64,000 bases of DNA from NCBI GenBank assembly GCA_029259185.1, contig JAPDJF010000014.1:2148-66147 (forward strand), given 5' to 3'. A model generated the notes under the pieces. It was not told the origin of the DNA, did not search any database, and saw only the letters and a program-made list of their open reading frames with translations. Every line of letters begins with the position of its first letter. The first letter of the stretch is position 1. The translations under genes were made by a program, and so were the position numbers. Source of the stretch: Hadesarchaea archaeon. GTDB taxonomy: Archaea; Hadarchaeota; Hadarchaeia; Hadarchaeales; WYZ-LMO6. Positions 1 to 7,890 of the stretch are shown here, one piece after another.

Positions 1-24
1 GAAGGAGGGGACGGAGGGTTTGAA

Positions 25-819
25 GTGGATATAGAGATTCGTGCGCTGAACGATGGGGAGATGGAATTCAAGCTCAGTGGGGTGAATCCCGCCTTCGCTA
101 ATGCGTTGAGGCGCGCTGTCATTCGCGAGGTTCCCACGATGGCGGTAGATGAAATCGAAGTGTTGGTCAACGATTCCGCAATTCACGACGAGATAATTGC
201 CCACCGGATTGGAATGGTACCCCTCAAAACCCCCCTCCGGGGATATTCCCTTCCGGAAGAGTGTAACTGCGAGGATGGTAAGTGCCCGAAATGCAGCGTG
301 ACGTTCTCTCTAAAAAAGGAGGGGCCAGGGGTTGTGGTCACGGGGGACTTGAAATCCTCAGACGAAAATGTTGTCCCCGTCGATGACTCGATTCCACTCG
401 TAAAGCTGGAGAAGGGACAAAAGCTTGAGCTACTAGCTATAGCTAGGCTGGGGTTGGGTAGGATGCATGCTAAGTGGCAGCCGGGGGTAGCGACTTACAA
501 GTACATGCCTGTACTCCGAGTGGATCCTCGCAGGTGTGATGGGTGTAACGCTTGTGTTGAAGTCTGTCCACCCAAAATCCTCTCTCCGTCAAACGGAAAG
601 ATAAAGGTGTCCGACGTGACGAAATGCACGATGTGCAGGATGTGCGAAAGGGCGTGCCGGAGAGAGGCGATAACGCTACGCTACGACGATACGGAATTCA
701 TCTTTCGGATTGAAAGCAACGGAGCACTGAAGCCCGAGCAGATCCTCCAGAAAGCCATCAAATCCCTAGAGGACAAATGTAAAGAGTTCATAAAACTCTT
801 GGATAAACTGGTGGAGTGA
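25..819 (+). CDS. rpoD: DNA-directed RNA polymerase subunit D (Rpb3/RpoA-like) with 4Fe-4S ferredoxin-like insert
   Basis: 264-aa ORF. The N-terminal dimerisation fold is typical of archaeal subunit D. Two Cys clusters (CNCEDGKCPKC; CDGCNACVEVCPP...CTMCRMCERAC) match the Fe-S domain of archaeal RpoD. Confidence 0.85.
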   Translation: MDIEIRALNDGEMEFKLSGVNPAFANALRRAVIREVPTMAVDEIEVLVNDSAIHDEIIAHRIGMVPLKTPLRGYSLPEECNCEDGKCPKCSVTFSLKKEGPGVVVTGDLKSSDENVVPVDDSIPLVKLEKGQKLELLAIARLGLGRMHAKWQPGVATYKYMPVLRVDPRRCDGCNACVEVCPPKILSPSNGKIKVSDVTKCTMCRMCERACRREAITLRYDDTEFIFRIESNGALKPEQILQKAIKSLEDKCKEFIKLLDKLVE

Positions 820-859
820 ACAGGAAAAAATAAACCTTTTTGGATAGAATTTCTGTTGC

Positions 860-947
860 GCGGGGGTGGCCGAGCCAGGTCAAAGGTGCCAGCTTGAGGG
901 GCTGGTCCCGTAGGGGTTCGCGGGTTCAAATCCCGTCCCCCGCACCA
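860..947 (+). tRNA. tRNA-Leu (anticodon GAG), long variable arm, CCA encoded
   Basis: Acceptor stem GCGGGGG/CCCCCGC and D-arm GGCCGAGCCAGGTCAAAGG. Anticodon stem CCAGC/GCTGG with loop TTGAGGG. Variable arm is 14 nt. T-arm GCGGGTTCAAATCCCGT, followed by ACCA. Confidence 0.85.
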
Positions 948-1134
948 TCAAGAATAGCCAATGGAGCAGTTTTTGGGAAGATTTCAGAAACCACGGGAGT
1001 TTTTAGAACGGAGTTAGAGCAGACTTGATACTCGCACGTTGAGTTCAGCAGGAGGATGGAGTCACGAGTTTCGAAGAAAACTCCATCTCCTAATATTTTA
1101 TTAATTAAATAAACTTAGTTTATTTTGTGAACTA

Positions 1135-1800
1135 ATGGAAATGGCGAGGCTCACTCCGGAGGGAAAAGTGATTTTTGCGCTGTGGGATGCACCCATGCGA
1201 TTTGGGGAACTAAAAACGGCAACGGGTTTAAGCGGTGCGTGGTTAGATCGAACACTCAAACAGCTTCACCGGAGGGGTCTCGTCGAATACGATGTGCTGA
1301 GCAAGATGTATGCTGTCAAGAGGACCGAGCAGCTCCAAAGCCAGGTCGATGCCTTGAGGCCAGTTTACCTCTTCGAGGTCGCGAACATTATTGCGGAGGA
1401 AATAGCTAGGGACGAACGTGTTCAAGCAGTGATCCTTTTTGGAAGCGTGGCGATGGGCAAGGTTACCGAAGAAAGTGATGTGGACCTTTTAATAGTTCTT
1501 GAGGAACTCGACCATAAGACCGAAGGAGAGTTCAGATCGAAACTCTCCGAGTTCAGGGTCAGATTCAGGGTCCCGATTGAACCGACCCTCCTCGGCAGAA
1601 AAGACTTTGAGGCCACGCTCGCGGTGGATATAGGGTTGATATTCGGGCTCGCGCTGGGGTACAATCTACTTTATGATCGTACGCATGGGCGCCTAACCAA
1701 GCTACTGGAAGAGTCGATTGCAAGGGTTAGGGATAATTACCGGTTCGTACGGGAGGGAGAAGTTTGGATACCGAGGAGAGAGCTTACTGTGAAAGCTTGA
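1135..1800 (+). CDS. Nucleotidyltransferase (MNT-type, Pol-beta superfamily) with N-terminal winged-helix domain; antitoxin-like partner of the HEPN protein
   Basis: 221 aa. Motif GSVAMGKVTEESDVDLLIV matches the G[GS]x9-13Dx[DE] minimal nucleotidyltransferase signature. N-terminal wHTH region (LKTATGLSGAWLDRTLKQLHRRGLVEY). Overlaps the downstream HEPN ORF. Confidence 0.7.
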   Translation: MEMARLTPEGKVIFALWDAPMRFGELKTATGLSGAWLDRTLKQLHRRGLVEYDVLSKMYAVKRTEQLQSQVDALRPVYLFEVANIIAEEIARDERVQAVILFGSVAMGKVTEESDVDLLIVLEELDHKTEGEFRSKLSEFRVRFRVPIEPTLLGRKDFEATLAVDIGLIFGLALGYNLLYDRTHGRLTKLLEESIARVRDNYRFVREGEVWIPRRELTVKA

Positions 1801-2204
1801 TCCAAACCGCGAACTCCGATCTGAAGCTCGCGAAGGAACTGATTAAAATGCGCAGGTATGAAGCGGCGATTTTTTACGCGGCACTATCCGGCGAGAACGC
1901 AGCGAACGCCTTAATTGTAGTGCTGGGGGGTAGGCCAAGCAAACGCCACCGGGCGGATATCGCATTGAATACATATTTCAGAACGAAGGGGGAGAAAACC
2001 CCAACAGATATCGAGCAGGTGATAGAAAAGCTGAGATGGTTGGAGCCACACGTGACCATCTCCCGTTACCCAGTCAAGGTGGGTGGTAAGTGGATTCCCC
2101 CAGCCCAGAGGTATCGGAAAAATGATGCGGAGAAAGCCCTGAGATACGCCGAGAAGATCGTGCGGATGGTTGAGAAGCGAATTCGACAGCAACATCACGG
2201 CTAA
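1764..2204 (+). CDS. HEPN domain protein (toxin-like partner of MNT)
   Basis: 146 aa. Conserved R-x4-H motif (RPSKRH) follows a helical core. The 37-nt overlap with the MNT gene is the usual HEPN/MNT operon arrangement. Confidence 0.65.
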   Translation: MDTEERAYCESLIQTANSDLKLAKELIKMRRYEAAIFYAALSGENAANALIVVLGGRPSKRHRADIALNTYFRTKGEKTPTDIEQVIEKLRWLEPHVTISRYPVKVGGKWIPPAQRYRKNDAEKALRYAEKIVRMVEKRIRQQHHG

Positions 2205-2232
2205 ATAAACTCTGTTTTACCATTTACAGTGA

Positions 2233-2469
2233 GTGAACTACCCAGCTTCGCATGGGGATCTTTCCTCTCTCCTGTCGAAACAGGGAATTCTCCGTCCCCG
2301 CCGGGAAGATCTTCTCGGCAGTAGGATTAACCGAAGGCTTGAACTTTTCCGGCACAGTTTGAACGGGCCAAAAAAGCAAGTAACTCAAGTCCTATATCGT
2401 GTCTTAATGAATCTCCCAAACATATATTTCTCTGTACTCGCAACGCTCACACCTGCTGCATGGCCGTAG
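2233..2469 (+). CDS. hypothetical small protein
   Basis: 78-aa ORF followed by an oligo-T run. No recognisable motif. Confidence 0.2.
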   Translation: MNYPASHGDLSSLLSKQGILRPRREDLLGSRINRRLELFRHSLNGPKKQVTQVLYRVLMNLPNIYFSVLATLTPAAWP

Positions 2470-2477
2470 GTTCTGCC

Positions 2478-2488
2478 TTTTTTTTCGT
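2478..2488 (+). terminator. oligo-T tract (archaeal-type terminator candidate)
   Basis: A T9 run lies immediately after the stop of the 2233-2469 ORF. Confidence 0.3.
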
Positions 2489-3330
2489 CTCAGCTAGTGC
2501 TTGAGGGCCTGACCCAGCTCGATTCGTGCCAGTTCCCAGCGGGCTGAGGTACCCGGCATGGAGGAAGCTCGGGTCGGTGCGCTGATCACACGATTCGGGG
2601 ACGCGGTCAGGGCGCGGAACCCCAAGGTCGCTCTGAGACTGCTGCTGGTGCGCCTAGTGCTTCACAACTTCTCCGCGTCCCTCGTGCGCCTCTGCTAAAA
2701 GAGAGGCGAGAGCGGGTGCACCACGCACGGTTCCGATGAGGAACCGCTACGCCCCTCTCGCCGAATGTTGGTTTACTTCAAGAACGGAAAAATTTTCTAC
2801 ACCTATGTGAGCCGCCCGCTTTCGCCGACCCCCATGCTTTTTACGGTTCGGAAAGCGACCGATGTCGGCGATGGTGGCAGCGATGAGCCATCTCATGGTG
2901 GGAGGTGGGCCAAAAGCGAACGGTCAACATTCGATCAAACCCCGAACTTGAAACAACCTAATCATCAGTTTGCCTCCGGTTCCGTTTTTATGTCGAATCC
3001 TACCCACACACGAGATCCGGCCATTGCCTTGCGACCATATGGACTCGGTTCTCTCACTCAAAAACTGCTATCGTGGGACACTTTCTTCTTCAGCCCATAG
3101 CTCACATAAGAACCAAACGTGTTGCCTTTTCCTCGCAGGATTCTAGCCACTCGCGATCCGCTTCCTTAAACAGACTTCGCGTAGAGTCCAGTAATTGCCA
3201 AGTGAAGTTTCTGACAGATCGCTGAGGGAAAATTTAGCCCAATCGAACGAGAAGTTTTCCGAACCATGAACCATGCCGACCAATGACTGTTCTTCAGAGT
3301 GAATCCAAAAATAAAAGAAAAGTAGGGTTT

Positions 3331-3675
3331 CTACTTCTTCAACGTGTTTATGAGAATCCCTACTATGAGACCTACTGAGATAACCATAGCAGCTAAGACT
3401 ATAGCCCCACCCGTCTGTCCAAAGGTTGACGTGAGTTCAGTTAATGAACATATACCGGCCACAGCAGCTGCAACCGTGAATATCCCCATTACCACCAGCA
3501 CCGAGACAACGATCAGTAGAAGTTTAATGAGCCACTCAATCAGCATCGGTTCACTTCCAGGTTTTATTTTCTGGGACATGCTCACCTCCTCCTTTCTGAA
3601 GCTGATTTGAAAAGACCTTAAAAAAAGCTTTTCCCGGGTGACCGGGTGACGCTTTGCACAAAAAAAATACCACAA
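3331..3675 (-). CDS. hypothetical membrane protein
   Basis: 114 aa. The C-terminal two thirds are strongly hydrophobic (LLLIVVSVLVVMGIFTVAAAVAGI...GAIVLAAMVISVGLIVGILI), consistent with two TM helices. Confidence 0.4.
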   Translation of the reverse strand: MWYFFCAKRHPVTREKLFLRSFQISFRKEEVSMSQKIKPGSEPMLIEWLIKLLLIVVSVLVVMGIFTVAAAVAGICSLTELTSTFGQTGGAIVLAAMVISVGLIVGILINTLKK

Positions 3676-3697
3676 AAGTTAAACGGACTCAACGATC

Positions 3698-4200
3698 GTG
3701 GTTTGCCAGGTTTTTCGTATCCGTTTCAACCCCCGGTGGGCGCATCTGGTGCCCGATGCGGATGTGGCTCCGAAAGCGACTCGGCGAGCGCAAGCTGCTG
3801 CGGGTGATCAAGCGGATAGGCAGAGCGAGCGCCGGCGAATAGACGACCTGTGCCACAAGATCTCGAGGGCGATCGTCAGCGAAGCTAAGGAGCGAAACTG
3901 GTCATCGTGATAGGAGATCTGAAGGGAATCCGCAAGCGGGCAAAGGGGTGGAGGCTCAGGCGCATCTTGCACTCGATGCCCCACCACCGGCTGTCGAGGT
4001 GCATCGAGTACAAGGCTCTCTGGGGGGGGATCCCCGCGGTGCACGCCGGCGAGGCATCCACCAGCCGAACGTGCCACTGGAAACGAAGGACGAAGGGTCT
4101 CTCAAGGCTTCTTCAAATGTCCCTCGTGTGGCCTCGAGTACAACGCCGACCTCAACGGAGCCGTAAACATAGGAAAGAGGTTCGCCGACCATTGGTTGGC
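3698..4200 (+). pseudogene. tnpB: IS200/IS605-family TnpB (OrfB) C-terminal remnant, frameshifted
   Basis: Three successive frames encode TnpB-like segments. These are HKISRAIVSEAKERNWS, then VIGDLKGIRKRAKGW.LRRILHSMPHHRLSRCIEYKA, then the Zn-ribbon FKCPSCGLEYNADLNGAVNIGKR. The N-terminal half is absent and no TnpA is present. Confidence 0.7.
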
Positions 4201-4683
4201 GGACGGGGTACTAGGGTTCGTGCCCTTGAGGGGGATCCCGAGCCCCCAAGCACGGGAATTGGCCTCAGGGGCTATTTGCGCAAAAGCCCCTTTGGCAATT
4301 CTCCACTAAGCTTTGACTAGATAGAATCCCTAGTGGGACGAATCTGGATTCGTTTGAAAACTTTGACCCCCACCTCCTTTGGGCTAATGATTCTCTGCTT
4401 TGATACGCTTATCGATGCTTTTAAATACTAAAACTCTCCCCACACTATTGGGCTCTGGAGCGAAGGTGGGGGCATGAAACGTGAGCCTGTGGCAAGCTTG
4501 GTGAGGGTGAGAGAGGATGTGATTCCTTCATCCTCGAAGTGGCGTGGGATATTGAGTCTCATTAAAACTCTGATCCAAGACCGCAGGAGAAAAGAGATCC
4601 CTGTTGGATATGCGACTTCCTGATTAGGGAAGGTACTTCTGGAAGGAGAAAAATTTATTCTTCTTCAAGCGAGGGGAATTTGA

Positions 4684-4755
4684 GCCGGGGTAGCCTAGTG
4701 GTGAGGCGGTGGGCTGCAGACCCGCTTTACGCCGGTTCAATTCCGGCCCCCGGCT
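4684..4755 (+). tRNA. tRNA-Cys (anticodon GCA)
   Basis: Acceptor GCCGGGG/CCCCGGC. Anticodon stem GTGGG/CCCGC (one G·U pair) with loop CTGCAGA, giving anticodon GCA. T-arm GCCGGTTCAATTCCGGC and discriminator T. Confidence 0.85.
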
Positions 4756-4956
4756 CTAAATCGGAATCTAGAGTGAAGTGCAAAATGGCTTCAAACCCAA
4801 GCTATTTCCTGCCATGACTATTTTTCCTTCTTAATAAGCCATTGATCCTTCAACACGTTTCACCTCGGGGACAAGCCCCTTCCTTTAGGGAGGGGTAGTT
4901 GACTAGCCCGTTTTCTGAGGAAAAGCCCTTGTTCCGACCATATAAAAGCGGGCCCG

Positions 4957-5229
4957 GTGGGATTCATACTCAAATGGGTTCGGGTCCCAACTCAGGGGCG
5001 TACCGTATTAATACCATTTTGGGCAGATGACCGACGGTGGGAAGCGATGCTAAACAAACAAATCGGAATACGACTGACCCCAAGGCACTACGCTCTCGTG
5101 AGGGAAGTCGCCAAGAGGCGCGGAGAGGACGTAAGCGTTTTCGTGCGACGGTCCCTCCTGCGGGAGCTGGCCGTGCTCTCCTACCTTTCAGAGGACGAGA
5201 AGAAAGCCCTGGGGGTTCTAACGAAATGA
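4957..5229 (+). CDS. ribbon-helix-helix (CopG/Arc-like) DNA-binding protein
   Basis: 90 aa. The C-terminal segment VSVFVRRSLLRELAVLSYLSEDEKKAL is typical RHH. The gene starts inside the tRNA-3'-end-like direct repeat at 4949-4965. Confidence 0.45.
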   Translation: MGFILKWVRVPTQGRTVLIPFWADDRRWEAMLNKQIGIRLTPRHYALVREVAKRRGEDVSVFVRRSLLRELAVLSYLSEDEKKALGVLTK

Positions 5230-5660
5230 AGATTTTGGCCCCCTGGGAGGAAGTCGTGGGGGGAGCTCGAGGGGTTGAAGGAGAGGGGGAGTTCTCCACG
5301 TGGTGCTTGACGAGAGGGCGGTGGAGGTTGGTACTTCGGTCCTCCGGGAACTCGCCGGCATGGAAGGGAAGCTCACGGGGATTTTGCGCACGGACTCCGG
5401 GTTCAGGGTGAGGGAAATCAGAGCCGGAGCGGGAACTGCTCGGGGAGAAAAGGGTGAGAGGGGATTAGAGATCGCGAGGACCCTAGAGCAGAAATGGAAA
5501 GGCGAGGACGAGATCGCAACCAGAGAACTTCTTCCGCCGTGCGTGTCGTGGAGGAGGGGTGAGATCCTGAGCAGGAGGCCCACGAAGCCTGACTTCAAAC
5601 CCGAGAAATTTGTGTGCATGTGTGTGCACGACCCCTGTGACGGAAGCCAGGGGAAAAGAG

Positions 5661-5838
5661 GCAGAATTCGGCTTCTTTTCTTCCAATTTATGCAATGTGA
5701 AAGAATTCTACATGTATTTTTCTTCCATACTTCACAAATTTGCTTTCCTATACCTAAATTTGTGAAGAATTCTTCCATAGAAGAATTCTTTTCTTCCATG
5801 GAAGAATTCTACACGAATTTTGCGAGTTTTCTTCCGAA
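5661..5838. promoter_or_regulatory. operator-like repeat array upstream of the 5860 RHH gene
   Basis: Four copies of a GAAGAATTCT palindromic core (GAATTC centre). Five copies of the direct repeat TTTTCTTCCA within ~180 bp. The array lies directly upstream of the ATG at 5860. Confidence 0.45.
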
Positions 5839-5859
5839 CTGCACGCTTGGAGGGTTGGG

Positions 5860-6333
5860 ATGGGGAAGATAAAGGTAAACCACGTGATTGACGAGGAGCT
5901 CTGGAAAACCTTTAAAAAGTTCGTTTTCAGCCAAAGCGGGAAGATCCACGGTTCTTTAAGTGAGGCCGTCTCCCGGGCGCTGGCCGCCTACATGTCTTCC
6001 GGCTCGAACTCTTCCCCTGCCCACACATGCTCACACATTTCCGACCGGAAGGGGGGGAAGAAGGAAAAAACCGAGCGCATCTACCGGGAGCTCGCCGCCC
6101 ATGTGGCCCCAGGAGAAATAAGGGTGAGGAGGGAAGCCATCGAGGAGGCGATCGCGAGGGTGGTGTCGAACGATCCCCGGATGCTCCGCCAGTACCTCCA
6201 GCTACTGCAGACGCTGGGGTACATCGAGCTGGACGGGTTCGGGGTGTACAAGCTCCCCCGTGAGATCGCCCGCCTCGAAGCGGACGAAAGGCTCCGGGCG
6301 ATCCAGAAGGCAGAAGCCGCCGACGGAGCCTGA
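5860..6333 (+). CDS. CopG/RHH-like N-terminal domain protein (plasmid/virus-type regulator)
   Basis: 157 aa. The N-terminus VNHVIDEELWKTFKKFV...SLSEAVSRALAAY resembles beta-strand/helix RHH regulators. The C-terminal half is helical and uncharacterised. Confidence 0.45.
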   Translation: MGKIKVNHVIDEELWKTFKKFVFSQSGKIHGSLSEAVSRALAAYMSSGSNSSPAHTCSHISDRKGGKKEKTERIYRELAAHVAPGEIRVRREAIEEAIARVVSNDPRMLRQYLQLLQTLGYIELDGFGVYKLPREIARLEADERLRAIQKAEAADGA

Positions 6334-6892
6334 GCGTCTAGCGCATTTCCCGGGTGCTCGACTGGTATTTGCTAGGTCTTCCCCGAGTTCCGGCCTTGCG
6401 GATCCGAACCCCGCCGGACCTAGTGCCGCAACGCCTGTCCGCGATAAGCATTATTCATGTGAATATTGTTTACACCCACCGGAATGCGTGTTCAAAAAAA
6501 GGTTCTGCGGGAGGGGCTGGGGGAAAAGGATTCAATGATTACCAGTAACCAGCCGAAGAATACAAAATTTGGCGAAATCGCCAAAACTTGTAAAATCACC
6601 CCCCGCCCCACCGTTCAGCATTCTGAGATCCCGCTGGCTGGCCGAGGGGGGAGGCGATAGAAGCAATACTCACATGAGTAATGCTTCTATTCCCGATCTC
6701 CGCGTGGTCGTCCCGAAATCGGAGTACGGGCGTATCTGCGAGCGCGCGAAGGCTGGCCGAGGGGGAAAGCGATATAAGCAATATTCACATGAATAATGCT
6801 TATATCTATATCCGAAAAGATAAGCAATGTTCACATGAACAGTACTTATAAATTACATCCGAAAAAGGTAACAATATCTGAGCCAGCGGGCG

Positions 6893-7093
6893 GTGGGCAA
6901 AAAATTACAACTTTTACTCAAATTGGTAAAAGTTGTAAAATCCGGATCCGAGCCGATAGAGGAGATCGCCCAGAAACTCGGTCTAGACCTCACGCTGGCC
7001 TGGGCGATGAGACTCGACGGCTTGGACGACCTGTCCCGGCTGAGGCTCTTGAGCGAGGGGGAGGCGGAAGCTCGGCGGGATACACAAAACTGA
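6893..7093 (+). CDS. hypothetical small protein, possible HTH
   Basis: 66-aa ORF between the palindrome copies. Segment IEEIAQKLGLDLTLAWAMRL is HTH-like. Weak call. Confidence 0.2.
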   Translation: MGKKLQLLLKLVKVVKSGSEPIEEIAQKLGLDLTLAWAMRLDGLDDLSRLRLLSEGEAEARRDTQN

Positions 7094-7289
7094 GCTTCCC
7101 AAAATTTTGGGGAAGCTGAAAACCAATTCGGCTTACGTCTAAGGCCTTGGCTATCTCCTCCTGTGTCCCCTTCAAGCCCCTTTCCTGAAGGGGTTATTTC
7201 CGTTTCTCCCCACCCCGGCGGAACTATTCTCCGCCTTCGACTCCCTAGGACAGTCCCACCGAGATTTAAAGCCCCGATTCAAGCTTGAA

Positions 7290-7472
7290 GTGGTGAACGT
7301 CGAACCGGTGATAGGGAGGGAGGTCGAGATAACCTATGCTGACGGGACAAAAAAGCGCAGGGGCAGGCTCCTGAGGGCCCCTTGCGGGTACTTCAAGCTC
7401 CTGAGCCACCACCGCACCTACCTCATCGAACAAAAATCCGTAACCGAGCTGAAGTTTTTAAAGCGCTCTTAG
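7290..7472 (+). CDS. hypothetical small protein
   Basis: 60-aa ORF (MVNVEPVIGREVEITYADGTKKRRGRLL...). No motif recognised. Confidence 0.25.
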   Translation: MVNVEPVIGREVEITYADGTKKRRGRLLRAPCGYFKLLSHHRTYLIEQKSVTELKFLKRS

Positions 7473-7890
7473 ACCCACTCTTCGTTTGCTCAGGCCGCCG
7501 GGGGGAAGGCGATAGAAGCAATATTCACATGAATAATGCTTCTATCCCCGACCTTCGCGTGGTCGTCCCGAGATCTGCGAGCGCGCGAAGGCTGGCCGAG
7601 GGGGAAGACGATGGAAGCAATACTCACATGAGTAATGCTTCCATGCCCCCTTGGTGGTGATAGGGTCTTGGGGGTGGGGGGAGTTCGGTCGGGAACTTGA
7701 GGAGCGCATCCGAGCCGGATTCATCCATATAAGTAGAAAAAGAAAACTGACCGACGAGGATCGAATTGCCATTCTAGACTCATTTTTAGCGGGAAGGGGG
7801 AAGGATTTTTGATCCAAATTTTGCACGCGTAATTTGGATAGGACAGTTCTACTCCCTTTTTAAAATGGTGATCAAAAACATTCTGAGCAC

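Larger units (their letters stand above)
6444..7641. repeat. Array A of ~30-bp near-palindromic repeats (consensus AAGCAaTAyTCAcATGArTAaTGCTT)
   Basis: Six copies at ~6444-6473, 6657-6690, 6772-6806, 6819-6850, 7511-7546 and 7609-7641. Two ~130-bp composite units (6657-6806, 7511-7641) consist of two palindromes flanking a conserved GC-rich core (CCGCGTGGTCGTCCCGAgATCtGCGAGCGCGCGAAGGCTGGCCGAGGGGGAAg). Confidence 0.8.

Noticed and set aside
5037-5872. Overlapping ORFs 5037-5411, 5218-5799 (-) and 5300-5872 between the two RHH genes
   Set aside because: GC-rich mutually overlapping frames. The 3' part of 5300-5872 runs through the operator-like repeat block. The first ~115 codons of 5300-5872 look protein-like but have no recognisable motif, so I could not decide which frame is real. 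Left uncalled.
6444-7641. CRISPR array interpretation of the palindromic repeats
   Set aside because: The repeats are non-identical and individually palindromic. Spacing is irregular (9 to >600 bp). The units are arranged as inverted pairs around a conserved core rather than as repeat-spacer units. No cas genes are nearby.
6569-7660. ORFs 6569-6796, 7382-7660 (and 38976-39386, 39069-39398) encoding MSNASIPDLRVVVP…-type peptides
   Set aside because: Their similarity to each other is explained by the DNA repeat units they span, in both orientations. They are translation artefacts.
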